Positions 41,378-57,870 of a stretch of 64,000 nt of DNA are shown here, in pieces (positions within the stretch are counted from its first letter, which is position 1; each line of letters starts with the position of its first letter). The stretch is from Eledone cirrhosa (taxonomy: Eukaryota): the NCBI GenBank assembly GCA_964016885.1, contig OZ024762.1, positions 24,056,001-24,120,000 of the forward strand. The letters run 5' to 3'. The notes under the pieces were generated by a model. The model saw nothing but the letters and a program-made list of their open reading frames with translations. It did no database searches and was not told the DNA's origin. A program made the position numbers and the translations under genes.

Positions 41378-41523
41378 TGCTTTCCAGCATAGTTACTTCC
41401 CTTTACGATCTGAGTTCAAATCCCACCGAGGTTGACTTTGCCTTTCATCCTTACGGGGTCGATAAAATAAAGTACTAGTAATGCACTGGGATAATTGCTG
41501 GCTTTGTGCCTAAAGTAGAAACA
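41378..41523 (+). mobile_element. 5'-truncated SINE-B with a 14-bp TSD
   Basis: TSD attattatcactta at 41364-41377 and 41524-41537. Confidence 0.9.
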
Positions 41524-42256
41524 ATTATTATCACTTACCGTGACAAGTGGAGAGATGCTGAATAAGACCCGTCCCACCCTTGCAAGCAGAGAAAAGCAGA
41601 CGTAAGATGATGATATTGATATATATATATATATTAGAAAATGTGTGAAATTCTTGGTACAGTTAGATATATTTTTAAAAAAGGAAAATAATTACTTTAC
41701 TTGTAGTTCTAAACAATTTAATTTGATTTTATAATATTATAATTTTACAATTTGGTTTTGTAGATTTAGTAAACCCCCCCCCACCACCACCACCACCACC
41801 ACCACCACACACACACACAAATCTCTTATATATATAGTCACACATCACAACACAACCTGAGATCAGTTTGGCAATCGCCACCGACGAATACTAGAAAGTT
41901 CTCCAGGAAAGTTAACCAGGAATCTTTAAAAATCTCCCTCTACCGAAGTTAACAAAGAACTTACTCGATCTACAAAACTAAATTGGAAAATTATAATATC
42001 ATAGATTTAATTAAATTGTTTAGAACTACAAGTGAAGTCATTCTTTTCCTTTTTTTTTTAAATAAATAAATATATATATGTATATATAATTAAATTGTTT
42101 AGAACTACAAGTGAAATCATTCTTTTTCTTTTTTTTTAAATAAATAAATAAATATATATATATATAGTAATAATAAATGTGAAGACTAAAATTTGAAGAG
42201 GGCTTGATAAGGATTATAAATAAATATATATAAACCCGTAGAGCAAATATTTATTA

Positions 42257-43161
42257 TCTATATATATAAAACTGAGGATGTCTGTCTGTGTGTGAGTTTG
42301 AATCCCTAAAACTCGAGAACCACGCAACCGACTGTTTTCAAAATTTACACATGTAATACTTATGTTTCAGGCAGTGTTCTGAGCAAAAACAATTTCAAAT
42401 TTTCAATGCCCTAGGGATGGCATTAGGCGATTTAGCGATCTCTCTCTATAATTCTTAGTCTTTCTCTTTTTAGATAGATACATACATATAACGTCGTGTC
42501 CTTATAATATCTGTCTGTATGTCTGACTGTCTACATTAGTCACTTCCCTGAGGATGTCTGTCTGTTTGTGTGTGTGAGTTTGAATCCCTAAAACTCGAGA
42601 AGTACCCAACCGACTTTTTTCAAACTTTACATGTGTATTACTTATGTTTCAGGGGTGTTATGCACATAAAATAATTCAATTTTTTCATCCCCTAGGGCCC
42701 GCATTAGGTGAAAAACTGCGTTTTTTCAGGTTTTTAGGGGTTTTTTGAGGTGTTACGTCAGACTGATTTCCTTGAAATTGTAACTATGTATTAGTCAGTC
42801 TCTTTTTCATACCGTGAGCAAAAAAAATCCAACTTTTTTATGGCCTAGGGCCCGCATTAGGTGAAAAACTTCATTTTTTCAGCTTTTTAGGGCTTTTTGG
42901 AGGCGTTACTTCTAGCCGATTTTCCCGAAATTTCAAAGCATATTATGCACATAAAAACAATTCATTTTCTTCATCCCCTAGGGCCCGCATTGGGTGAAAA
43001 CCTGCATTTTCCCTGCTTCATCGAGGAAAATCTTAAAGATTATCCAGCCATCAGAGTATTCGGTTTAATTTCTTTACATATTGTCGACGCATGCAGTAGG
43101 TCTGTTGGCGGCCCGCGTTCCAAACTACCTTAGCCCGTGCAACGCCGGCTACCACTGCTAG
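42257..43161 (+). mobile_element. Non-autonomous Helitron with complete ends
   Basis: A|TCtatatatataaaactgagg ... cccgtgcaacgccggc..CTAG|T. Inserted between A and T with no TSD. Confidence 0.9.
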
Positions 43162-43484
43162 TAATAAATATATATGTATATACATTATTCAGTTGATGAA
43201 AGTTGGTTGATCAAAAATCTGCTGACTTTTTCATACACAGACTTGAAGTACTCTACGGTTTGTTTTCCTTAGGATTTTCTCTGTAAGGTATCACCTGGAG
43301 ATTTAGTATAATAAATAAGAGAGACGGATTTATTTGTGTATCTTCCTTTTATTGTCTAATTCATTATACGTATTTCAAAGATGCAAAGGTTGTTATATAA
43401 TAATCACTCTGCATGTTTTCTTCTGTTCATCTGAAGAAAATGTGCAAAGTGGTTATTATATAACTAGTGGACCATACATAACAC

Positions 43485-43880
43485 GCTCTCCACTCCACAC
43501 CACCGATATTTATTCAAGGGAAAGGTGAAGGCCGATACAGGTTGGCGCCGCTGATGTCACCACTCATTTCTACAGCTGAGTGAACAGGAATGAATATGAA
43601 ATAAAGTGTCTTGTTCAAGGACGCAACACATCACCTGATCTGAGAATCAAACACAAAACCTCCTGATTGCAAGCCCAACGCTCTAACCACCATGCCATGT
43701 ATCTTGCTCAAGGTCACAACACATCACCCGGTCATGGATTTGAACTCACAACCTCCTGATTGTAAGCCCAATGTTCTAAGCATCTTGCTCAAGGACACAA
43801 TATATCACCCGGTCATGGATTCCAACTCACAACCTCCCAATTTCAAGCCCAATGCTCTAACCACTATACCATGTGCCTTC
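43485..43880 (-). mobile_element. CORE-like SINE, tail variant D, with a triplicated tRNA-head region
   Basis: Three successive caacacatcacccgg..gaactcacaacc..aagcccaatgctctaacc units. Tail gtatcggccttcacctttcccttg. Confidence 0.72.
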
Positions 43881-44110
43881 ATATATATCATAGTTTTCTT
43901 TTTCCCCTACAAGAGTAAAGGGTGTGGTCTCAGGGTGATTTGGTTGCTATCTCTTTCTAGCAGATCTCGGTGATCACATTGAGGCCTCCTTGTTGAGAAA
44001 TAGTGGATAGGATAGAACGGGACATTAATTCGATAATTTGTTACCCATACTACTTAGAAATATAAATGGCTACGTCTACCTCGGCAGGGGGTATTTCACT
44101 TAGTAGCATT

Positions 44111-45640
44111 TCTACTACTACTACTACTACTATACTATTACTACTACTACTACTACTATACTATTATTACTACTACTACTATACTATTACTACAACTACT
44201 ACTACTATACTACTACTACTACTACTACTACTATACTATTACTACAACTACTACTACTATACTACTACAACTACTACTACTACTATACTACTACTACTAC
44301 TACTATACTATTACTACAACTACTACTACTATACTACTACTACTACTATACTATTACTACAACTACTACTACTATACTACTACTACTATACTACTACTAA
44401 TACTACTATACTATTACAGCTACTACTACTATACAACTACTACTACTATACTATTACTACAACTACTACTACTATACTATTACTACAACTACTACTACTA
44501 TACTATTACTACAACTACTACTACTATACTATTACTACAACTACTACTACTATACTATTACTACAACTACTACTACTATACTATTACTACAACTACTACT
44601 ATACTATTACTACAACTACTACTACTATACTATTACTACTACTACTACTACTATACTAATACTACAACTACTACTACTATACTATTACTACAACTACTAC
44701 TACTATACTACTACTATACTATTACAGCTACTACTACTATACAACTACTACTACTACACTATTACTACAACTACTACTACTACAACTACTACTACTATAC
44801 TATTACTACAACTACTACTACTATACTATTACTACAACTACTACTACTATACTATTACTACAACTACTATACTACTATACTATTACTACAACTACTATAC
44901 TACTATACTATTACTACAACTACTACTACTATACTATTACTACAACTACTATACTACTATACTATTACTACAACTACTACTACTATACTATTACTACAAC
45001 TACTATACTACTATACTATTACTACAACTACTACTATACTATTACCACAACTACTACTACTATACTATTACTACAACTACTACTACTATACTATTACTAC
45101 TACTACTACAACCACTACTAGAACTACTACTACTACTACTACAACTATGCTATTACTACAACTACTACTACAACTATACTATTACTACAACTACAACTAC
45201 TACTACAACTACTACTACTATACTATTACTACTACTACTACAACCACTACTAGAACTACTACTACTACTACTACTACTATACTATTACTACAACTACTAC
45301 TACAACTATACTATTACTACAACTACTACTACAACTACTACTATACTATTACTACTACTACTACAACTATTACTACAACTACTACAACTACTACTACTAC
45401 CACTACTAGAAGGAAAGGAAGGAAGGAAAGGAAGGAAGGAAGAAGGAAAAGAAAGAAAGAAAGAACGGAAAGGGAAGGGAAAAAAAGGGAAGGAAAGAAA
45501 AAAGAAAGAAAGAAGGAAGGAAAGAAAGAAAGAGAAAGAGATAAGGAAAGAAAGAGGGAGCGAAAGGAGACAAGAAAAGAAAGAAAGAAAGGAGGAGGGA
45601 GGGAAAGAAGGGAAACGAAGGAAAGAAAGAAGGAAAGCTG
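44111..45640. repeat. Degenerate (TAC)n tract followed by a (GAAA/GGAA)n purine tract
   Basis: Direct inspection. Confidence 0.97.
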
Positions 45641-45914
45641 ATGCTATATGTGTTAGTAAAACAATCCCCTCCCCATCCCCAGGAAAGAAATAATAAAAAA
45701 ATGTAAATATAGTTTACAGACTTTGACTAGACACTTATACACATACATATATACATATATATATATACACACATATATACACACACATTCATACGCACAC
45801 ACACATGCACACACACATTCATATACACACGCATACACACATTAAAAGCAACAACCCAAATCTTTGGAGTATCAATTATGAAGTTAAAGAATTTAACAGC
45901 AGATTTATGGTAAA

Positions 45915-46990
45915 TTATTGTGGATCTGGTATATCTGGTGATAGTGCTGTATTGTGGATCTGGTATGTCTGGGGTGTCTGTATGGTAATAGAACTGTTCC
46001 AGATGTGGAGAGCAGTTGTTGTATTGGGTGTGTCGTAATAGAACTGTCCCAGATCTGGTGATAGTGCTGTATTGGGGATCTGATATGTCTGGGATATCTG
46101 GGATGTCTGTATGGTAATAGAACTGTTCCAGATGTGGAGAGCAGTTGTTGTATTGGGTGTGTCGTAATAGAACTGTCCCAGATCTGGTGATAGTGCTGTA
46201 TTGGGGATCTGGTATGTCTGGGGTGTCTGTATGGTAATAGAACTGTTCCAGATGTGGAGAGCAGTTGTTGTATTGGGTGTGTCGTAATAGAACTGTCCCA
46301 GATCTGGTGATAATGCTGTATTGGGGATCTGGTATGTCTGGGGTGTCTGTATGGTAATAGAACTGTTCCAGATGTTGTATTGGGTGTGTCGTAATAGAAC
46401 TGTCCCAGATCTGGTGATAGTACTGTATTGGGGATCTGGTATGTCTGGGATATCTGTATGGTAATAGAACTGTTCCAGATGTGGAGGGCAGTACTGTAGT
46501 GGATCTGGTATGTTTGGATGTGTAGTGATAGAACGTTTCCAGATGTGGTAATATTGTGGATCTGGTATGTCTGGGATATCTGTGTAGTAATAGAACTGTT
46601 CCAGATGTGGGAACAGTTGCTGTATTGGGTGTGTAGTAATAGAACTGTTCCAGATATGGTGATAGTGCTGTATTGGGGATCTGGTATGTCTGGGATGTCT
46701 GTGTAGTATCTAACTGTTCCAGATGTGGAGAGCTGTACTGTATTGTGGATCTGGTATGTCTATGTAGTATTAGAACTGTACCAGATGTGGGCCAGTTCTG
46801 TATTGTAGGTTTAGGATGTCTGTATGTCTGTGGGTAGCAACAGAACTCCTTCCAGATGTGGGCCAGTTTTGTATTGTGGGTTTAGGATGTCTGTATGTCT
46901 GTGGGTAGCAACAGAACTCCCTCCAGATGTGGGAGCAGTCCTCTATTGTGGGTATGTCTGTATGTAGCAACAACACCATTCCAGGTGTTG
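45915..46990. repeat. Minisatellite with higher-order (dimeric) structure
   Basis: The core agaactgt(t/c)ccagat(g/c)tgg recurs every ~50-70 bp in two alternating variants. Confidence 0.9.
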
Positions 46991-47129
46991 GTACAGTCAT
47001 TGCCCCAGTATGGACTTCACCTGGGGTGGTAGGTAAAGGTGTAATAACTGTTAGGTGTTGACATATTTTCTGGCTCTGAAGAGGAAGACCATATTTTGAG
47101 ATTTACTCTTTAATGTGTTGATGAAGAAG

Positions 47130-48728
47130 ATAATGATGATAGTAATGGTGGTGGAGATGGTGGTAGTGGTGGTAGAGATAGTGGAGATTATGGTGGTGGT
47201 GGTGGTGGTGGTGGAGATAGTGGAGGTGGTGGTGGTGGAGATAGTGGAGGTGGTGTTGGTAGAGATGATGGTGGTGTTGGTAGAGATGGTGGTGGTGGTG
47301 GTGGTGGAGATTATGGTGGTGGAGGTGGTGTAGGTAGAGATGGTGGTGGAGGTGGTGTTGGTGGTGTTGGTGGAGATGATGGTGGTGGTGGTGGTGGAGA
47401 TAATGGGGGTGGTGTTGGTAGAGGTGGTGGTGGAGATAATGGAGGTGGTGTTGGTAGAGATGATGGTGGTGGTGGAGATAGTGGAGGTGGTGTTGGTAGA
47501 GATGATGGTGGTGGTGGTGGTGGAGATAGAGATGATGGTGGTGGTGATGGTGGTGGTGGAGATAGTGGAGGTGATGGTGATGATGGAGATAGTTATCATT
47601 GATGAGAGGGATGGTGGTGGTGGTGGTGGTGTTGGTGGTGTTGGTGGTAGAGATGATAGTGGAGGTGCGGTGGGGGTGGTAGGTATAATGTAGGTGGTGT
47701 TGATGGTGGTGATAGTAGTGGTGTTGGTGGTAGTGTGGGTGGGGATAGACATGATGGTGATGGTGTTTATGATGATGACGATGATAATGATGGATATCAT
47801 GGTGATGATGGTGATGATGGTGGAGATAGTGATGGTTATGATGGTGATGGTGGTGATGGTGATGGTTATGATGGTGATGGTGGTGATGGTGATGGTGATG
47901 ATGGTGATGGTGGTGATGGTGGTTATGATGATGATAATGATGGATATCATGGTGGTGATGGTGATGATGGTGATGATGGTAGTGATGGATATCATGGTGA
48001 TACTGATGGTGATGGTGGTGATAGTCATGGTTATGATGATGATGGTGGTGATGGTGATGGTGATGGTGGTGATGGTGGTGATAGTGATGGTTATGATGGT
48101 GATGGTGGTGGTGGTGATGGTTATGGTGGTTGTTATGATGGTGATGGTGGTAGTGATGGATATCATGGTGATAATGGTGATGATGGTGGTGATGGTGATG
48201 GTGAATGTTATGGTGATGATGTTGATGATGATGAATGTGATGATGGTGAATCTTATGATGATGGTGATGGTTACAATGATGATGATATTGATGATGATGA
48301 TGATAACATTTGCTATCTTGAAATATTTCCATTTCATGATATTTTTGGTGCTGAAAAACAGTTTACCAGTTTATAAAAGATGACAGATGGTGATAACAGT
48401 ACTGGTAGTAGTAGTGGTAGTAGTGGTAGTGGTGGTGGTAGTAGTAGTAGTAGTGGTGGTAGTGGTGGTAGTAGTGGTAGTAGTAGTAGTAGTGGTAGTG
48501 GTGGTAGTGGTGGTAGTGGTAGTAGTAGTGGTGGTAGTGGTAGTAGTGGTGGTAGTGGTAGTGGTGGTGGTAGTAGTAGTAGTAGTGGTAGTGGTAGTAG
48601 TAGTGGTAGTGGTGGTAGTAGTGGTAGTGGTGGTAGTGGCGGTAGTGGTAGTAGTAGTAGTAGTAGTGGTAGTAGTGGTGGTAGTGGTAGTGGTGGTGGT
48701 AGTAGTAGTAGTAGTGGTGGTAGTAGTG

Positions 48729-48760
<32 letters not shown>

Positions 48761-49195
48761 GGTGGTAGTGGTGGTAGTAGTAGTGGTGGTAGTGGTAGTA
48801 GTAGTAGTAGTAGTGGTAGTAGTGGTAGTGGTAGTAGCTGTAGTAGCTGTAGTAGTAGTACTAGTAGTAGTAGTAGTAGTAGTAGTGGTAGTAGTAGTAG
48901 TAGTAGTGGTAGTAGTAGTGGTGGTAGTAGTGGTAGTAGTAGTAGTAGTAGTAGTGGTAGTAGTAGTAGCAGTAGTGGTAGTAGTAGTAGTAGTAGTACT
49001 GGTAGTAGTGGTAGTGGTAGTAGTAGTAGTACTGGTAGTAGTAGTAGCAGTGGTAGTAGTAGTAGTACTGGTAGTAGTGGTAGTGGTAGTAGTAGTACTG
49101 GTAGTAGTAGTAGTAGTGGTAGTAGTAATAGTAGTAGTAGTAGTGGTAGTAGCTGTAGTGGTGGTGGTGGTGGTGGTGGTGGAGGTAGTAGTTAT
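47130..49195. repeat. (GGT/GAT)n and (GTA/GGT)n trinucleotide tracts
   Basis: Direct inspection. Confidence 0.97.
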
Positions 49196-49574
49196 TGTAG
49201 CATCGGTGGTGGTATTAGTGGTGTTGGAAGTAGTGTTGTTGTTGTGTATGTGGTAGTGGTGCTGGTGATGTTGAGAGCGTATGTGGTTTTTTCTCCTTCC
49301 AAAATGGCTGACTGAAATACACGTCCCATTCCTTCCTCTTCACACTCTATCTTTCTAGTTCATCTTTTATTTCTCATTCTATCTTCTGATGAAGGACTAG
49401 TGTCTGACATGTTAAGACTCTTTTCCGACTATATCAAGCGGTAAACTTATATATTTCTTCAATGTACTGTGTTGTTTGCTTTGTTGTTTCTGTTTACTTT
49501 TTGCATATATATATATATATATATATTTAATACAATAACAGAGATAGCTTTAAGCTAAACTCAGCTTTAAGCTA

Positions 49575-49622
<48 letters not shown>

Positions 49623-49666
49623 CAATTACATAATAAACAACAAAATTGTTGTTTATTATAATAATA

Positions 49667-49850
49667 ATGATAATTGTTTCTACTTTAGGCACAAGGCCAG
49701 CAATTACCCAGTACATTACTGGTACTTTATTTTATCGACCCCGTAAGGATGAAAGGCAAAGTTAACCTCGGCAGGATTTGAACTCAGATTGTAAAGGGAC
49801 GTAACTATGCTAGAAAGCATGGCGTCCGACCCTCTACCGATACTGCCAAT
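49667..49850 (-). mobile_element. SINE-B abutting the CR1 3' tail
   Basis: Reverse complement of the SINE-B consensus. Confidence 0.9.
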
Positions 49851-52095
49851 AATATTGTGTACAGTGCTCAGGTGCACTACAACTCATCAAAAAGTCTATG
49901 TATAGTACATAGCGTAATGTACAAATGTCAGGAAAATGAGCAGAGCATGAGTCATGATATACACATGTGCATGTGTATGGAAGGGGGACATCAGGTGTAG
50001 TTTTGGCGAATTTCGGGAAGCATGAGTGTCTTAAAGGATGCAATGTCTCGGCAGCTAACAACTGACGCAAGCAGTTTGTTCCATGCTTCAGCAACTCTCA
50101 GCGTGAAAAAATGTTTCCGAAAGTCATGGGAACTGTGCTGTTTTCTGATCTTGTAGGCATGTCCACGTGTGTTAGACACATGGAGATCAAAGAGGCGCTC
50201 AGGGTTGCAATTGGCGAGATGCTTAATAACTTTGTGGGTATTTACCAAGTCCATTGCCAGACGTCGGAGCTTCAATGAATCCATGCCCAGAGAAGCAAGG
50301 CGTTCAGAGTATGGTAGGTGTCTGATGGAGGGTATGCGCTTGGTTGCACGTCTCTGAACAGTTTCCAGGAGGTCAATGTTCTGAGCAAGATAGGGGTTCC
50401 AGACTGATGATGCGAATTCCAAGTGTAATCATACCATAGCTGTATACAGCTTTAAATAGATGGCTGGAGAGCTGTTAACAAAGGTCTTGCTGAGTGATGC
50501 CAAGACACCCTCGGCCTTCTTGACAATCTTAGAGACATGCTTTGTCCAACGCAAATTTCTGCTGACAGTAATGCCCAGGTCACATTCACAAGAGGACTTT
50601 TTGATATCAGTGTTGTGGAGGGAGTATGTGGACGCTGGATTTTTCCTTCCAAAATGCATGGTGGTACACTTGTCCACAGCCAGCTTCAGTTGCCAGTCTG
50701 TGATCCATTGCTGCATTGTGTCCAGGTCTGATTGTAGGAAAGAGTTGTAGATTTCAGGATCAGTCCTTTTGATTTCAAGGTACAGCTTGATGTCATCTGC
50801 ATATTTCGGTACCGTGGCATTCTTTAAGTTGGCATCTAAGTCATTAATATATGCCACAAACAAAAGGGGACCAAGAAAAGATCCCTGTGGTACACCAGAT
50901 GACATCTCATATGGTGAAGAATGCTGTCCTAGAACCGTGACTACCTCTTTTCGGTTGAGAATGAAGGATTTCAACCAGTTAAAAAGATCATCCCTCACAC
51001 CCATTGCAGAGAGTTTCGCCATAAGTCTTTTGTGTGGCACAGAATTAAAAGCCTTAGTGAAGTCAAGGTAAACAACATCCACCCATGAGCCGCTGTCAGT
51101 GATCCGGGTAATGTCTTCAAGGAACTCAATAAGCTGATCACAGCAGCTGGAGTTAGGGATACATCCAAACTGCGAGGGCCGGATGAGGCTGTGAGAGCTC
51201 CAGAAGTTCCAAAGTGTTTCTCTGACACAGAATTCCATCAGTTTGGCCATATAGCTAGTAAGACTGACTGGACGATAGTTGACAGGTGACGTGTGGTCGC
51301 CCTTTTTGAACAGGGGAATGACACTGGCAGTTTTTGACTGCTCCGGAGTAGCACCATTGTTGAGACAGTATTGAAAGAAGAAAGAAAGCTGGTGCAAAAG
51401 GAAGTACCCACCACGTTTGAAAAGCAGGTATGTAACACCATCAAGACCAGGGGAGGCATAGTTGCGCTTATTCTTAAGGTGACGTCGCAACATAACAGGT
51501 GTAAATTCCATAGTTGTTATGGAATTTGATGTTAGAGATGGTGGAGATGGTACATTCTGGTTTTCAACAGTAAAAATGCTTGCATCGCACTCAGCAATGA
51601 GTTTTGCGCATTCTTTGGGATCGTCAGTGATCTGGCTTGTGTGGGGATTGCGAAGAGGACCAACTGGAGAATGAGGTCTCTGCTTTGAATGAACATATTT
51701 CCAGAACACCTTACTGTCAGGATTGGTTGCTATGCACTGTTCAAATTCAAGCACTGCCTTTTTTGTCACTTGCTTGAGATGGTTGGAAGATTTATTCCGC
51801 TTTTTTCTGTTGGCATCTGATTTATGCAGTTTATATTCCCGTTCAGCGTTCCGACGTTCTTTCCTGGCAAGTCAGACCGCTGAAGTTTCCCAAATTGCAC
51901 TTTTGGGGTGGGTTTTTTTCTGCTTACATGGCACCGATGCTGCACACGCTATCCATACTGAGTCCAGGATGCTCTGGAGTATAGTGTTCACATATCCAGA
52001 TTTATAGAACTCATGCCAGTTTGGGCGCTGTAGCTCAGTGCAGTACAAGTTCCAATCTGCTTTCTTCCAGTCAAAGCAAGCAGATTGGAGATGGT
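49851..52095 (-). mobile_element. 5'-truncated CR1-clade LINE, RT domain and 3' UTR, disrupted
   Basis: ORF 50429-51769 has SPGLDG, NYRPVSLTS, VDVVYLDFTKAFNSVPH, GVPQGSFLGPLLF and YADD. ORF 49991-50422 has VWNPY..VQRRATK..NTRGH..FFTLRV..WN. A 3' stem gtgc-acctga-gcac precedes the tail. Confidence 0.96.
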
Positions 52096-52280
52096 TCTGG
52101 TTTCAGAAGATCCTGTAGAAGGGTGAAAACAGCAATTCTTTGCTTAAACTTTAATCTGTACTTACAAATATTTGCTCTACTGGTTTTCTATAGATATATA
52201 TAATCGTTATCAAGCCCTCTTTGGATTTTACTCTTCACATTTATTATTACTATATATATATGTATATATATATATATATG

Positions 52281-52329
<49 letters not shown>

Positions 52330-52332
<3 letters not shown>

Positions 52333-52480
52333 TACAAATATTAATAAAATAGATGTTCTTTTGATCAATTAAATTTTATTATACATATTTCAGAGGTACA
52401 ACAGTACGTCCTCATCAGACAAAATATAATGATACATGACATACCCTGAGATGTTAAATGGTTAAGATTTAATCTTGTTT
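52330..52480 (-). mobile_element. pLTR-like repeat with minimal hammerhead-like motif (near copy of 19105-19255)
   Basis: Minus strand atattttgtCTGATGAggacgtactgttgtacctctGAAAtatgTAtaataaaat. Confidence 0.6.
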
Positions 52481-52765
52481 AACTCTTTAATATATATATA
52501 TATATATGTTTTAGGTAATTCCGAAGAAAAAGCAAAGGAAAAAAGAGTGCTCTATGTATAGAACAGAGCTATTTAATTAGAAAGTGAACAACACAAAATA
52601 TAACTACTCCATTGCCAAAGGTTTCTGGATCACAGACAATAATAATATATGTCTGGATCGTTCATCTGACAGAGATGTTAGAGATAAAAGATACAAAATG
52701 AGATTTAAAATTTGTTAAAAATTGGAAGTGAGGCTGGAAAATAATGGGAAAAATATATAAGAAAA

Positions 52766-52804
<39 letters not shown>

Positions 52805-53099
52805 AAATTCTGTGGATTAATCTATGTCTTGATTTTTTTTTAATTGAGTTTGAATTATTTTCCCACATCTTAGGTTAATTATTTTTCCATTTTGACGTTA
52901 TAGTCACTTATATATTATGAAATACTGTTGGCTCCACGCTCACAATAATTTCTATATTTTTATTTATATATATATACATACATATATATATATATATATA
53001 CATATGTATATATATATATATATATTATGTTCTTACACTCAACAAAGCACTACCTAGATGTTTCAAGGTCCAATATTGACCTAATCTTCAGGCGCTTAA

Positions 53100-55790
<2,691 letters not shown>

Positions 55791-55792
55791 TA

Positions 55793-56674
55793 TCATCATC
55801 ATCATCATCATCGTTTAACGTCCATCTTCCACGCTAGCATGGGTTTGGACGGGAGTTTTCCCACTTGAGGCAAGAGTGGTTGTCTTGCTCGCATAGGACT
55901 GTCTGGTGGGTTTTCTACGGCTGGATGCCCTTCCTAACACCAACCACGTTTACAGTGTGGACTGGGAGGTTTTACCGTGTTACCTACACGGCCACATTAC
56001 AGCGTGGACTGTGTGTTTTTTTGTCGTGACACCTACACGACCTCATTTGTTTCGGACTGGATGGTGTGGTACCAACATAACTTCACATTGAAAGGGGCGG
56101 TGTGGATGGGGTGGGGGTAGTGACACAGGGGTGTATTTTTGTTAGAGGTGCCTACTGACTGTAGTAGGTTTCACTTTGTACTTAGGTAAGGCGGGTCTTC
56201 TGTATTACTGTGTAGCGCCAAAGATCTCGGTCCAGTGACATTGTCTTGGAGAGATGTAAGTGTGTGAGGTTGGAATTTATCAAGTCATCCCAGGTTTTTC
56301 TGGGTCTGTCTACTCCGTGGTTACCGTCTATTTTTATCGCCCTGCACTTTTTTATACAGCTGTCGTCTTTCATGCACATCGCATGACCATACCAACATAG
56401 TCTTCTCTCGAGTAAACAACATCTGATCCCTCTTATTTCTAATTTCTTCCTTAGTATGTTTATGCTTTGCCGTTCACGTATATTTCTATTACACATCCAG
56501 CGGAGCATGCAAGCTTCGTTTCTCTCCAGTCTGCGTATATCCTTTGCACACAATGCCCAGGTCTCACTGCCATGTAACATTGCTGTTCGTATGCAGGCAT
56601 CATACAGCCTGCCTTTCATTTTTAGAGAGAACCCTTTAGCGGCTAATAGTGGTATAAGCTCTCTGAACTTTTTC

Positions 56675-56676
<2 letters not shown>
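55793..56676 (-). mobile_element. 5'-truncated RTE-clade LINE
   Basis: ORF 56182-56679 [11 protein letters not shown]...MLHGSETW...WYGH...RPRKTW. (CAT)n tail. Confidence 0.95.
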
Positions 56677-56722
<46 letters not shown>

Positions 56723-56819
56723 GTGTGTATATATATATATATATGTGGTGTGTATATATATATATGTGGTGTGTATATATATATATATATGTGGTGTGGT
56801 GTGTGTATATATATATGTG

Positions 56820-56859
<40 letters not shown>

Positions 56860-56946
56860 TGTATATGTATATATATATGTGGTGTATATAAATATATATA
56901 TATATATGTGATGTGGTATATATATGTGGTATATATATATATATGT

Positions 56947-56988
<42 letters not shown>

Positions 56989-57142
56989 ATGTGTTGTGTA
57001 TATATCTATATATGTGATGTGTATATATATATATGTGATGTGTATATATATATATAAATATGTGGTGTATATGTATATATATATGTGGTGTATATAAATA
57101 TATATATATGTGATGTGGTATATATATATATATATATGATGT

Positions 57143-57198
<56 letters not shown>

Positions 57199-57243
57199 AT
57201 GTGGTATATATATATATATATATGTGATGTGGTATATATATGT

Positions 57244-57278
<35 letters not shown>

Positions 57279-57364
57279 TGTATATATATGGAGTATTCCT
57301 TATCAGTATATTCAGAACTGGTCAAAAGATAAACACATAAAGCAACCAGATGCTATACTTCTGT

Positions 57365-57820
57365 ACAACAGTGACAACAACAACAACAACTTCAACAACA
57401 ACAATAACAACAACAGCAACAACAACAACAATAACAACTACAGTAACAACAACAGCAACAACAACAGCTACAACTTCAACAACAACAGTGATATCAACAG
57501 TGACAACAACAACTTCAATAATAACAACAACAATAACAACAACAACAGCAACAACAACAATAACAACTACAGTAACAACAACAGCAAGAACAACAACAGT
57601 GACAACAACAACAGTAACAACAACAACAACAGTGACAACAACAACAGTAACAACAACAACAACAACAACAGTGACAACAACAACAGTGACAACAACAACA
57701 GTGACAAGAACAGCAGTGAGAATAACAGTAACAACAACAGCAGCAATGGTAACAACTGTAATAACAACAGCAGCAATAGTAAAAGTAACAGAAACAACAG
57801 CAGCAATAACAACAGCAACT
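57365..57820. repeat. Degenerate (AAC)n tract
   Basis: Direct inspection. Confidence 0.95.
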
Positions 57821-57870
57821 ATTTGCCCCTATTTGCTCACAATAATTGTTTCTACTTTTGGCACAAGGTC

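Noticed and set aside
47051-48383. His-rich and Asp/Gly-rich ORFs
   Set aside because: Trinucleotide repeat artefacts, open in overlapping frames on both strands
48380-49315. 311-aa Ser/Gly-rich ORF resembling a structural protein
   Set aside because: It is a pure (AGT/GGT)n repeat that is also open as poly-Val, with no signal peptide or splice context
50429-51769. 446-aa RT ORF as an active or domesticated gene
   Set aside because: It is 5'-truncated (no endonuclease), broken near 50425 and upstream of 51770, and retains the CR1 3' UTR, so it is a dead copy
52509-52520. Second AG|GT juxtaposition (ttttaggtaatt)
   Set aside because: Short pyrimidine tract, weaker donor, and it lies at the end of a dispersed repeat
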